This document shows positions 29,329-38,800 of a DNA stretch of 64,000 nt, in pieces; positions within the stretch are counted from its first letter, which is position 1; each line of letters starts with the position of its first letter. The position numbers and the translations under genes were made by a program. The stretch covers positions 955 through 64,954 of the forward strand of contig JAFGLO010000004.1 in the NCBI GenBank assembly GCA_016927995.1. The letters are read 5' to 3'. The notes beneath the pieces are model-generated. The model was not told the origin of the DNA, did no database searches, and saw only the letters and a program-made list of their open reading frames with translations. The stretch is from Candidatus Dojkabacteria bacterium. Its GTDB lineage: Bacteria > Patescibacteriota > Dojkabacteria > JAFGLO01.

Positions 29329-30284
29329 AATTTAGCCAAATACTAAAGCGCGCAATCGAACATATAAAAACAACCAAATGGCTAGCCATGGCTTCTGTTG
29401 GTGTTATAACCTTAACCTTCACAATTTCAGGAATTATTTTTTTCTTGGTTAGCGGTTTAAATAGGTCCGTTAATGAATTTGCTAGTAGACCAAGAATTTA
29501 TCTGTACTTTGTACCCTCAACTGAGGAGGCACAGATCTTAGAAATAAAGGATATTATACTTGCTGATTCAAAAGTTGAAAGTGTTGAGTACGATTCACAG
29601 GAAAAGGCAATGGAGGAACTTAAAAAAAGACTTGGTACCAGCGCTGAAACAAGAATTGTTGACCTTACTGCGCTTTTACCTCCTAGACTTACAATTAAAT
29701 CTGCGAATCTTGATTTAGTTGAACCGACGGTAACGTTTATTGCAGAATTGGTTGAAAGTAATCCATATGTTGATGAGATAAGGTATTCATGGGATTCTAT
29801 AGAGAACCTGCGGGCAATATCAAAACTGCTGTCTATAAATGGGGTTGCGCTTATCGTGCTTTCTGTTCTAGCTACAGGGCTTTTGGTTTTTGTATCCGTA
29901 AACTTTAATGTAAAGTATTTTCATGACGAGCTTAAAGTTGCAAACTATCTGGGGGGTGAGCAAAATGCCTTGATTCTGCCTTTTGTCGTTGAAGGTGTGT
30001 TGTATGGGCTTGCAGGGGGAATATTCGCGGGACTTTTGTCTTTTGTATTTTCTTATGGAAATCTAGAACTAGTTTTACAAAATAGCGTTTTAAGGCTTTT
30101 TATGGAGCGAAATCATTTTGTTTCCGGTGAATTAGTAAGAGCTTCTTGGACCGATATTGTTCTTGGTATTGGCAAAAATATTGCACTGTATTCAGCATTT
30201 GCAGTACTACTAACGGTGGTAAGCAGTATGGTTGCGGTTTACACAAATATTTATCTTATGAGAAAAAATGAAAAGACTAAATAA
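29325..30284 (+). CDS. ftsX: cell division permease FtsX
   Basis: TM, extracellular loop, then 3 TM; LPFVVEGVLYG; follows ftsE. Confidence 0.85.
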   Translation: MKFSQILKRAIEHIKTTKWLAMASVGVITLTFTISGIIFFLVSGLNRSVNEFASRPRIYLYFVPSTEEAQILEIKDIILADSKVESVEYDSQEKAMEELKKRLGTSAETRIVDLTALLPPRLTIKSANLDLVEPTVTFIAELVESNPYVDEIRYSWDSIENLRAISKLLSINGVALIVLSVLATGLLVFVSVNFNVKYFHDELKVANYLGGEQNALILPFVVEGVLYGLAGGIFAGLLSFVFSYGNLELVLQNSVLRLFMERNHFVSGELVRASWTDIVLGIGKNIALYSAFAVLLTVVSSMVAVYTNIYLMRKNEKTK

Positions 30285-31647
30285 GTACTTTTTGATTCCA
30301 CTCTTTGTTGCAGGGATTTTAACAGTCGGATTGTGGGTATTTAAATCTAACCCCGAAGTTGTTCCGGCAGTTTATGCAACAGAAACAACTTGTGATTCGA
30401 TTACTAACCCTCAAGAGAAACTTACTTGTTTGCAAAACCTTTTTAATCAGATTCAGAGTCAGCGGTCACAACTTGAAAAGTCAATTGCATCTGAAAATGC
30501 CACCCAAAGCTCTCTTTATTGGCAGATATCTTTGTTAAATAATCAAATCTCCCAGACCGAACTCAATATTTTAGAGAAAAAAGTTCTAATCGAACAATCT
30601 AATACAGAAATTCTTATTTTGGAGTCGGACATTTTAACAATAATCGATACTATATCAGCTACTCAACAAGAGCTTTCAATAATGGAAGCTGCTGTGACGG
30701 ACCGAATCGGTGAGATGTACAAAACCATGTGTATTGATGAAGTTGAGCTTATGTTTAGTAGTGGTGATGTTTGGACAAATATTGGTGATATGAAATACTT
30801 TGAGATTACCAAGGCGGAGGATGAAGCTTTAATTGAGCGACTTAGTGAAAAATATCAGGTACTTAAAGCTGATCAAGAGGAAGCCGCTTTAAAGCGTGAT
30901 CAAGTAATTCAGAAAACGGAGGGTGTTCAGACTGAGCATTCGGAGCTTTTAAATCTTGAGGCCCAGCTTAATAATCAAAAGGCAGATCAGCAGTATTTAC
31001 TAGCACTTTCGCAGGCCGCTGAAGCCAGTTATGCCCAAGCGTTACAACAAATGAAAGCGTATGAGAGTGCTGTCTCTGGTCAGATGACCGAACTTATAAT
31101 GGCTTTGTATAACTCCGGGATGCTTGGGGTAGGGACGCCTGTAACTAAGGGTACGATAGTAGGGTTTCAAGGACATACCGGTTGTGCTCTTGGATCACAC
31201 TTGCATTTTGAGTTCAGGATAAACGGATACAGAACAAACCCATTAATTTATTTGTCTTATAGCGGTGGATATGTCATTGATAATGCTAATTACAAGTCCC
31301 CAATGAAATCCGCTTATGTAACCTGTGGTTACGGATGTTATTCAGGACATTATGCAATTGATATGGTAAGTTATGACCCGCTTTATTATACAACGGCAAG
31401 GTATTCTTGGGATGAAGCTGGTTTAAGGGCCACGTGCGGCCCGTTCCTAGATTCTGCTGCGCTTAATCAGCTTGTTGCTGCAGCACAAGCGAGTAACTGG
31501 CAATTCTCCCTTGTGGGTGAAGGTGCACCTGTTTTGGCAATAGCCGATGGTGTTATCTATAGGAGTACAATTGATGGAGCCGGGGCTAACTATGTTCTTA
31601 TTGACCATGGTAATGGTGTTGTAAGTCTTTATCTTCACTTAAGATAG
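30268..31647 (+). CDS. coiled-coil murein hydrolase (EnvC/PcsB-like) with circularly permuted M23 domain
   Basis: Signal peptide, long coiled coil, GHTGCALGSHLHFE located before HYAID...DHGNGVVSLYLHL. Confidence 0.85.
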   Translation: MKRLNKYFLIPLFVAGILTVGLWVFKSNPEVVPAVYATETTCDSITNPQEKLTCLQNLFNQIQSQRSQLEKSIASENATQSSLYWQISLLNNQISQTELNILEKKVLIEQSNTEILILESDILTIIDTISATQQELSIMEAAVTDRIGEMYKTMCIDEVELMFSSGDVWTNIGDMKYFEITKAEDEALIERLSEKYQVLKADQEEAALKRDQVIQKTEGVQTEHSELLNLEAQLNNQKADQQYLLALSQAAEASYAQALQQMKAYESAVSGQMTELIMALYNSGMLGVGTPVTKGTIVGFQGHTGCALGSHLHFEFRINGYRTNPLIYLSYSGGYVIDNANYKSPMKSAYVTCGYGCYSGHYAIDMVSYDPLYYTTARYSWDEAGLRATCGPFLDSAALNQLVAAAQASNWQFSLVGEGAPVLAIADGVIYRSTIDGAGANYVLIDHGNGVVSLYLHLR

Positions 31648-31729
31648 AAAAGTTTCTTATCTATTTTGTTGTTAAAGCTTGCCACTTCTCTCATAGGTAT
31701 CTTCCGGAGAGTATTATTTCACTACTTCA

Positions 31730-32782
31730 CTACCTTACTGTCATATTCTCAATAACGAATTCGAACAGGGCTGGATCGCTTTCTAGTCCGGAAATAATGT
31801 ATATAATGTTTTGTCCCGGATGGACAAAGCTTGCCACATAATAAGACTTTTCATTAATTAGTATGGTTGAAACAATATAACTTATGTCATGATAAATCTG
31901 TGTGTGGGTTCCCAGGATTGAGGGGACTTCGTTTCGGTCGGCAAACTCTTCTTGAATATAGAGAGGAATTGCCTGGTCGAGTGCAATGTTTGGTGCCCAC
32001 CTAAAGGGAATTACTTCTATTTTGTCAGCCCTTCCTTCCAATGAAAATGCCGGACTTGGAAAGCCTTGGATGTTTTTTTCTTTAAGCTCATATTGAAACG
32101 AGTATTTTAGAGAGAAAGGATAGCTTTCCGGTAAACTATCCCCGTGAAGTGATCCAATGATTTGCTTCATCTTGGCTCGAAGTTGTTTTCTTGTTGCAAG
32201 CATACTTTCCGTGTCCTCACGGTTAAGGGTTTCATACCAGACATCTCTTGCAATCGTGTATATTCTAAGTCCGATGTTTAGCTCCTCGTTCCAGTAATAT
32301 ATTCCGACTTCGTTTTCTTTATCTGAGTAGGTAGCCTCTCCGATGAGTATCCAACCGTTTTGCGGGAGCAATGTAGAGTAGAATTCCTTTACATCAGAAA
32401 ATGTATATGTGAATGGGATTTTGTAACATGAAATATTGTACGATATCATTTTTTTAACATAATCGTTATCGGACAGATTACTAAAAGCAAAGGTTGAGTC
32501 TTTAAAAGCAGGTATATTAAATGGGAGACCAACTACCGTATCAAGAGATTCAATGTTGGTTACAATTGTTGACTCTCTGTTTTTCCAAAAATTATATCCA
32601 ATAAATGCAAGCAGAATAAGAGTTATTACAACTGTAATGTAAAAGGAGTTTGCAAGAAGGGCTTGTAGAAAAAGTTGAAGCGTTCGCTTAAATGTGTTGA
32701 TGGGTGCCTTGGGTTTGTATGGAGAGATAAGACTTTGTTTGCGGGCTTTTATGTTTTTTCTTAGGATCTTTTTTTTAAACAT
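31730..32782 (-). CDS. single-pass membrane hypothetical protein coupled to nrdR
   Basis: 350 aa; basic N-terminus then TM; TAATG overlap with the nrdR stop. Confidence 0.7.
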   Translation of the reverse strand: MFKKKILRKNIKARKQSLISPYKPKAPINTFKRTLQLFLQALLANSFYITVVITLILLAFIGYNFWKNRESTIVTNIESLDTVVGLPFNIPAFKDSTFAFSNLSDNDYVKKMISYNISCYKIPFTYTFSDVKEFYSTLLPQNGWILIGEATYSDKENEVGIYYWNEELNIGLRIYTIARDVWYETLNREDTESMLATRKQLRAKMKQIIGSLHGDSLPESYPFSLKYSFQYELKEKNIQGFPSPAFSLEGRADKIEVIPFRWAPNIALDQAIPLYIQEEFADRNEVPSILGTHTQIYHDISYIVSTILINEKSYYVASFVHPGQNIIYIISGLESDPALFEFVIENMTVR

Positions 32783-33231
32783 TAGTCATTGATTAGAGAC
32801 CTAATTTCAATAACAAAATCTTCGAGCTTTGAGAATCCTTTATATACCGAGGCGTAACGCATATATGCAGTTTTGTCTAATCTTTTAAGTCGGGTGAGAA
32901 TCATGTCGCCCAGTTCCTTTGAGGTTACTTCAAGCTTTTGTCTGGATAAGATTCGCTTTTCGATATCGTCTGTTATTTGTTCGGCAATCTCTTCTGAATT
33001 TGACTTGGTGAGTGATTTGGTTATACTCTTTTTAAGTTTTTCCCGGTCAAATAGCTCGTCAGTTCCGTCGTTTTTTAGAACGGTGAGGTCGACCTTTTGA
33101 ACTTTTTCATAAGTTGTAAAACGCTTTTTGCAAGCCGAACATTCCCTACGTCTACGTGTAAGGTTTCCTTCTTCCTGATCACGTTTGTCGACTACGCTGG
33201 TTTTAGAATTTTTGCAGTATGGACAATACAT
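32782..33231 (-). CDS. nrdR: transcriptional repressor NrdR
   Basis: MYCPYC, RRRRECSACKKRFTTYE, ATP cone, AYMRYASVY. Confidence 0.96.
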   Translation of the reverse strand: MYCPYCKNSKTSVVDKRDQEEGNLTRRRRECSACKKRFTTYEKVQKVDLTVLKNDGTDELFDREKLKKSITKSLTKSNSEEIAEQITDDIEKRILSRQKLEVTSKELGDMILTRLKRLDKTAYMRYASVYKGFSKLEDFVIEIRSLIND

Positions 33232-33310
33232 TTTAACCGGTGCCAACTAAGTTTATTATTATAGCACAGTAATTGGTTGGTTTACTGTGCTTATAAAAAA
33301 GTAGATAAAA

Positions 33311-33997
33311 TTACTCTCTAATTTCCACATGTTTAATAATTTTTTTTAAATCTTTTGCTAGTTTTGCCAAAAAGTCTGATGAATAGCTACTGGCTTTTTT
33401 AAAAGCAGGATCAAGTGTTGTTTTAGATACAAACTGTTGTAGTACATATTTTTGAGCGCCTTTAATTTCGTTTGCCAGCTCAAGTAAGTCTGATTTTGAC
33501 AAAAGTTCTTTTACTACTGTAGTTCTAAATTCATAAGGAATCGGTGAATTCATTATTAGCTCAATGCTTTCCTTTATATTAAATACCTTATCTGTCACAA
33601 TTCTATATTTTGAAATCGGTGCTTTAATGTCCATTGCGATATAATCCAAAAGATTGTTTTTTATAAGATAGTTGAGCATTATAAAATTAGTTCCGTTTGT
33701 ATCGAGTTTTACCTTAAATCCGAGTGATTTGATTTTTTTTATAAATGAGGGCAGGTCGGTCTGAAGTGTTGGTTCACCGCCGGTTATTACAACCCCTTCA
33801 AGTTTGTTTTGCCGGCTTTTTAGAAACTTGAGGATTTCTGAGGGTTTTATCTTGGCCGGTGTGGCTTTGGTTTTAGTTACAAGCTCGGGATTGTGACAAT
33901 AAGGGCAACGGAAGTTACAACCCATTGTAAAAATAGTGCAGGCAATCTCGCCCGGATAATCAATTAGAGTCACCTTTGAAATTCCGCGTATATCCAT
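33311..33997 (-). CDS. nrdG: anaerobic ribonucleotide reductase activating radical SAM enzyme
   Basis: LIDYPG, GCNFRCPYCHN, GGEPTLQ, KLDTNG, YEFRTT. Confidence 0.93.
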   Translation of the reverse strand: MDIRGISKVTLIDYPGEIACTIFTMGCNFRCPYCHNPELVTKTKATPAKIKPSEILKFLKSRQNKLEGVVITGGEPTLQTDLPSFIKKIKSLGFKVKLDTNGTNFIMLNYLIKNNLLDYIAMDIKAPISKYRIVTDKVFNIKESIELIMNSPIPYEFRTTVVKELLSKSDLLELANEIKGAQKYVLQQFVSKTTLDPAFKKASSYSSDFLAKLAKDLKKIIKHVEIRE

Positions 33998-34002
33998 TTT
34001 GG

Positions 34003-36102
34003 TTAAATTTTAAATGTTTTCCTGTCGGAAAATTCGGACTTTTTGCCTGGGTTCCATCGCTGAACGGGCGCAATTTTCCCTACGACTCTGCTATAGACTT
34101 TGCATTCAGACCCACATTCAGGACATTTAAAGTGCTCTCCCGAAATATAGCCATGCGTTTCACAAATACTAAACGTTGGGGTTAATGTAAAGTAAGGGAG
34201 CTTGTATGTTGTTGCAATTTTCTTAACAAGTTTTTTAACTTCGTCACCCGAATTTATTCGCTCACCTAAAAACCCATGAAATACCGTACCCCCGGTGTAC
34301 ATTGTCTGAAGTTCATCTTGCAATTCAAGTGCCTCAAAAATATCTTCGGTAAAGCCGACAGGTAGTTGTGTTGAATTTGTATAATATGGCTCGGCACCTT
34401 TTTGAAAGTCAGTCTCGTTTGCAACAATAATTTCCGGGAACAATTTTTTGTCTTTTTTCGGAAGTGCATAGGATGCGCCTTCTCCCGGGGTCGCCTCAAG
34501 GTTGTACATAATTCCGGTTGCTTTTTGGTATGCAAGAATGGTCTTATTCATAAAAGCGAGAGTTTCTTTTGCAAAATTCTGACCTTCTTTGGTTGTAATG
34601 TCGAATCCACCAAAATTTAAACAGGCTTCGTTCATGCCGATAAGTCCGATTGTGTTAAAATGATTGCTCCAGTATTTTCCTGTCTTTTCCTTGACACTGC
34701 GTAGATAAAACTTGGAATATGGGTACATTCCCTTTTCCGTTAAATTCTCGATGAGTTCACGTCGTAACATGAGGGTATTGTGACTTACATCCATTAGATA
34801 TTTAAGCCGTTCGAAGAATCCTTTTTTGTTGCCTTTGTGTTGGTATCCTATTCGTGGAAGATTAATTGTTACATAACCTATACTTCCGGTTAATGGATTC
34901 GCTCCGAATAGCCCACCTCCTCGACGTCTTAGCTCTCGATTATCTATCCGAAGGCGGCAGCACATTGACCGGGCATCATCCGGATTCATGTCACTATTTA
35001 CAAAGTTTGCAAAGTAAGGGATACCGTATTTTGCTGTCATATCCCAGAGTCCCTTTAGGTTATTGTTATTCCAATCAAAGTCCTTCGTAATGTTGTAGGT
35101 TGGAATAGGCCAGGTGAACGCACGACCTTTTGCATCTCCCTCAAGATAAACTTCAAAAAGTGCTTTGTTAAACATATCCATTTCGGCTTGGTATTCACCG
35201 TATTTTTCTTCTTTAAGCTTTCCACCAATGATTACGGCTTCATTTTTCATGTATGATGGACAGATAAGATCAAGGGTAATGTTTGAGAATACAACTTGGC
35301 CGCCTGATTTTGTTGGCATATTCATGTTAAAGATGAACGACTGGATCTGCTGTTTTACTTCTTTGTATGTTAATTTATCATGGCGAATAAACGGTGCCAT
35401 GTATGTATCCAAGCTTGAAACAGCAACGGCTCCATCAGGCGTTTCATTTGTAAGCGTGTAAAGAAAGTTCATAAGTTGTCCAAGGGCCGATCCAAAATGG
35501 CTTGCTGGTTTAGAGGATACATTTCCCGGTACACCTTGATAACCAACAATTAGCAGGTCGCGAATATCCCAGCCAACGCAGTACGAGCTTAATGTTGAGC
35601 TTTTGTGAATATGAAGATCTTTATTTATATGAAGATTCCGCATCTCATCTGTATATACCTCGTTCATCCAATACATTTCCGATACTTCTTCTACAATTTT
35701 TTTATACATACCTTGAAGATGGTAATCAATCTCGGAATCAGAGTGGATCTTCCAATTTTTTTTATTTATGTAAGTATTGATCCAAGTGCCAACATCAAAT
35801 AGATTGGACACGTTTCGCATTCTATTGTGAAGGTCCCGATATAAAATGTAGGCTTTTGCAACTTCGGGGTGTTTGTTTAGAATAAGGTGTTTTTCTACAA
35901 GATCTTGAATCTGTTCAACGGTTGGAAGTTCACTCTTTGAAAAAAAGATTTGCTTTAGTTCTTTGGTTACGGCATTGGTAACTTTCTCGGCAGCGCTTAG
36001 CGACTTAAGATTAACCGCTTCCATTGCTTTAGTAATGGCTATGGTAATTTTTGTCGGAGTGAACTCTTCGATACTTCCGTTTCGTTTTCGGATTTTGAAC
36101 AT
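34003..36102 (-). CDS. nrdD: class III ribonucleotide reductase with ATP cone and atypical glycyl-radical loop
   Basis: ATP cone (IRKRNG...VEQIQDLVE...AKAYILYR), YCVGW, RSMCCRL, CETH/CPEC Zn site, YSRVVGKIAP. Confidence 0.88.
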   Translation of the reverse strand: MFKIRKRNGSIEEFTPTKITIAITKAMEAVNLKSLSAAEKVTNAVTKELKQIFFSKSELPTVEQIQDLVEKHLILNKHPEVAKAYILYRDLHNRMRNVSNLFDVGTWINTYINKKNWKIHSDSEIDYHLQGMYKKIVEEVSEMYWMNEVYTDEMRNLHINKDLHIHKSSTLSSYCVGWDIRDLLIVGYQGVPGNVSSKPASHFGSALGQLMNFLYTLTNETPDGAVAVSSLDTYMAPFIRHDKLTYKEVKQQIQSFIFNMNMPTKSGGQVVFSNITLDLICPSYMKNEAVIIGGKLKEEKYGEYQAEMDMFNKALFEVYLEGDAKGRAFTWPIPTYNITKDFDWNNNNLKGLWDMTAKYGIPYFANFVNSDMNPDDARSMCCRLRIDNRELRRRGGGLFGANPLTGSIGYVTINLPRIGYQHKGNKKGFFERLKYLMDVSHNTLMLRRELIENLTEKGMYPYSKFYLRSVKEKTGKYWSNHFNTIGLIGMNEACLNFGGFDITTKEGQNFAKETLAFMNKTILAYQKATGIMYNLEATPGEGASYALPKKDKKLFPEIIVANETDFQKGAEPYYTNSTQLPVGFTEDIFEALELQDELQTMYTGGTVFHGFLGERINSGDEVKKLVKKIATTYKLPYFTLTPTFSICETHGYISGEHFKCPECGSECKVYSRVVGKIAPVQRWNPGKKSEFSDRKTFKI

Positions 36103-36118
36103 GGGTGTGGTGTTGAAA

Positions 36119-37921
36119 TTATTTTTTATTGGATACTTTGTAAGTTTTGCGCTCGGAGTATTCTTGCCTCTTACCGTTATTCCATTGATTTATGGGTCGA
36201 TAATATCCGACAACACGGGAGTAAATTAGAGGAATCTCTTTGCATTTACTGCCATTTTTGTGAGGACATTCTTTTGCTTCACCTCTGATATAACCATGTA
36301 CCGGACATATAGAGAAGGTTGGTGTTATTGAAAAATAAGGAATTTTGTAGTTTTCGGCAATTTTCTTAACAAGTTTTTTACATTCTTCCGCAGTAGAAAC
36401 ACGTTCGCCAAGAAACGTATGAAATACTGTACCGCCGGTATATGCTGTTTGTAAAGTTTCCTGAAGTTCAAGTGCTTCAAATATATCATCGGTATATCCA
36501 ACCGGAAGCTGTGATGAGTTGGTATAATACGGATTTTTGATGTTACCTGCAGTAACAATGTTTTTATAAAGCAATTTGTCTTTTCTGGCAAGGCTGTATG
36601 CTGCGCTTTCGTTTGGTGTTGCTTCTAGGTTATACAGATTACCCGTTTCGTCCTGATATTTTAGAAGATTTGATTTCATATGGTTTAAAATTTCAAGTGC
36701 AAAAGATATGCCTTGAGTTGTTGTCAGATCAGGGGAGCCGAAGTTTATTAAGGTTTCGTTCATGCCTACGAGTCCAATGGTGGAAAAGTGTTTGTTAAAG
36801 GTTCCGAGGTATACTTTGCTGTACGGCATTAATCCTGTTCTCATGTGCTCATCCAGAATCTTTCGTTTATTTTCCAGGATGATTTTTGCAAGCTTCATAT
36901 TTTGATCGACAAGCTTAAAAAATTTCTTTTTATCGCCATTACTTATGTAGCCAATTCTTGGGAGATTAATGTCTACTACGCCTATGGATCCTGTGGAGGC
37001 GCCATATCCCCAGAGTCCCCCGGTTTTTTTTGTAAGTTCTTTCATGTTCATTTGTAGTCTGCAACACATGGCTCGAACATCACCGGGTTTAAGATCGGAG
37101 TTTACGAAGTTTTGAAAATAAGGCATTCCATATTTTGCGGTCATCTCGAATAAAAGATTTGAATTACTTGTATTCCAGTTAAAATCCCGAGTGATGTTGT
37201 ATGTTGGTATGGGGAAAGGGAAGGGTTGTTCTGCAAAATCACCGTCTTTATACACTTCCAGAAGAGCTTTGTTAAAAATATCCATTTCTTTTTGAAACTC
37301 TTTATAAGTTTCTTTCTGGACTTTACCGCCTATAATTACTTGCTGGTTTTTAAGATCTTCCGGAACCGTCCAGTCAAGTGTTATGTTCGAAAACGGAATC
37401 TGTCCTCCATAACGTGTGGAAAGACTTAAGTCATACATAAATCTTTGGACGCAATTCTTAACTTGGGCATAGGTTAATTTATCATTTCTAATGAATGGAG
37501 CCATGTAAGTGTCAACAGAGCTTATAGCTTGAGCGCCTGCCCATTCATTGCATACGATAAGGATAAACCTGGATAAATGATCGAGTGCGGATGCAAGATG
37601 CTTTGCGGGTCCTGATGTACACTTATCCGGCACACCGGATAGTCCTCTTGTAAGAATTAGGCGAGTATCCCAACCAGTACAGTATCCAACAACGTGTTTA
37701 CCTAAATCATGAATGTAAATATCACCGGAAATATGAGCCTTTGAGGCTTTTGCCGGGATCAGCGTGGATAATGAGTATTTTTTTGTTATTTCTTCCGCAA
37801 GGTAATTCATAAGTCCGGGAAAACTGTAATGAACATTTGCATCTTGATTTACTTGCCAGTCTGATTGTCTTAAATATGCTTCTACCATTTCTTTGGCATT
37901 TATTGCTTGGGATGAGTTCAT
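36119..37921 (-). CDS. nrdD: class III ribonucleotide reductase without ATP cone, canonical glycyl-radical loop
   Basis: YCTGW, NEWAGAQA, RAMCCRL, CPVH Zn motif, YSRVVGYYRP..WN.GK. Confidence 0.92.
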   Translation of the reverse strand: MNSSQAINAKEMVEAYLRQSDWQVNQDANVHYSFPGLMNYLAEEITKKYSLSTLIPAKASKAHISGDIYIHDLGKHVVGYCTGWDTRLILTRGLSGVPDKCTSGPAKHLASALDHLSRFILIVCNEWAGAQAISSVDTYMAPFIRNDKLTYAQVKNCVQRFMYDLSLSTRYGGQIPFSNITLDWTVPEDLKNQQVIIGGKVQKETYKEFQKEMDIFNKALLEVYKDGDFAEQPFPFPIPTYNITRDFNWNTSNSNLLFEMTAKYGMPYFQNFVNSDLKPGDVRAMCCRLQMNMKELTKKTGGLWGYGASTGSIGVVDINLPRIGYISNGDKKKFFKLVDQNMKLAKIILENKRKILDEHMRTGLMPYSKVYLGTFNKHFSTIGLVGMNETLINFGSPDLTTTQGISFALEILNHMKSNLLKYQDETGNLYNLEATPNESAAYSLARKDKLLYKNIVTAGNIKNPYYTNSSQLPVGYTDDIFEALELQETLQTAYTGGTVFHTFLGERVSTAEECKKLVKKIAENYKIPYFSITPTFSICPVHGYIRGEAKECPHKNGSKCKEIPLIYSRVVGYYRPINQWNNGKRQEYSERKTYKVSNKK

Positions 37922-37953
37922 GTAGGCAGACTTTAACTTAGTGTGTAAACCTA

Positions 37954-38004
37954 TCTATACCACCTGTTGTGGTTCCCGTCAAGTGTATACCCAACATATT
38001 GTGT
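37954..38004 (-). promoter_or_regulatory. sigma70 promoter of the nrdD-nrdD-nrdG operon overlapped by two NrdR boxes
   Basis: taccacctgttgtggt (37958-73) and acccaacatattgtgt (37989-38004) are 31 bp apart; minus-strand TTGACG-17-TATAGA. Confidence 0.8.
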
Positions 38005-38120
38005 TTAAGGGCGGTGTCAACATTTTTTAAAGAGATGGATTGATTCAGTGTTATACAGTGAATGATAACAAAATAAATGATATGTTTGGGGATAATGTTT
38101 TATTGAATTTTACATATTAC

Positions 38121-38211
38121 GTAGGGGCGGGTTTAAACCGGCAGGGGTAATTGATATTAACGTAATTGTGTTGTTTCGCGATGAGGGGTGCGGGTCTAAA
38201 CCGACGTCTAC
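38121..38211. repeat. degenerate GTAG-type REP-like palindromes
   Basis: gtaggggcgggtttaaaccgg and ggggtgcgggtctaaaccgacgtctac. Confidence 0.45.
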
Positions 38212-38270
38212 TTGTTGGGATTGTAAGAATGTTCGATAATGAGGTGAATATAAATTGTCAAATAAACAAA

Positions 38271-38492
38271 ATGACGGCTTACACGGGACTTGTTCTGATA
38301 ATTCTTGCGTGGTTACTACAGCTTATGAGCAACGAAAAAACAATGAATAAGGGTTTTCTACTTGTTTACATATTTGGAGTTGCTGTACTCGTCTACGATG
38401 GTCTTAATGCCGGTGTTACCACAATGGGACTTTTAAATCTTATCTCGGGCATATTGGCAGCTATTGTATTTATGAGGATTAGGAAAAGGTAG
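38271..38492 (+). CDS. small three-TM membrane protein
   Basis: MTAYTGLVLIILAWLLQL...; 73 aa, SemiSWEET/PQ-loop-like in size. Confidence 0.6.
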   Translation: MTAYTGLVLIILAWLLQLMSNEKTMNKGFLLVYIFGVAVLVYDGLNAGVTTMGLLNLISGILAAIVFMRIRKR

Positions 38493-38547
38493 AAACTCTG
38501 AGGGTTGAAAGTTAACGTTGTTTAAGATATCATTATGTGTTAATCCT

Positions 38548-38619
38548 TCTGCGGTAGCTCAGTGGTAGAGCGACCGGCTGTTAACCGGTTGGTCGTGGGT
38601 TCGACTCCCACCCGCAGAG
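38548..38619 (+). tRNA. tRNA-Asn(GTT)
   Basis: TCTGCGG/CCGCAGA acceptor stem, ACCGG-CTGTTAA-CCGGT anticodon arm, GGTTCGACTCC; CCA not encoded. Confidence 0.96.
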
Positions 38620-38784
38620 TATTTTTTGTGCGTGGTTTTCGAACTCCACGACCGTTCTTATCCACTCGATTAACATCGAGATTCAGCTTTAAGCTCGCTT
38701 AAGGTGGCGAGCTGGGTTCGACTCCCACCCGCAGAGTATTTTTTTGTGCGTGGTTTTCGAACTCCACGACCGTTCTTATCCACT
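38596..38784 (+). repeat. 71/72-bp direct repeat of the tRNA-Asn 3' end plus trailer
   Basis: 38596-38666 and 38713-38784 are identical except for one extra T; the 46-bp spacer is rich in hairpins. Confidence 0.92.
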
Positions 38785-38800
38785 TTTCTCTAAACAACCC

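Noticed and set aside
34003-37921. nrdD tandem as an assembly duplication, split gene or intein product
   Set aside because: Both copies carry a full catalytic barrel, are well diverged and show no intein motifs.
38713-38736. Second tRNA or tmRNA 3' end
   Set aside because: Only a duplicated T-arm and acceptor strand; there is no matching 5' half.
38744-38800. N-terminal extension of mpg in the ORF track
   Set aside because: It lies within the tRNA repeat; ATG 38801 fits the family start.
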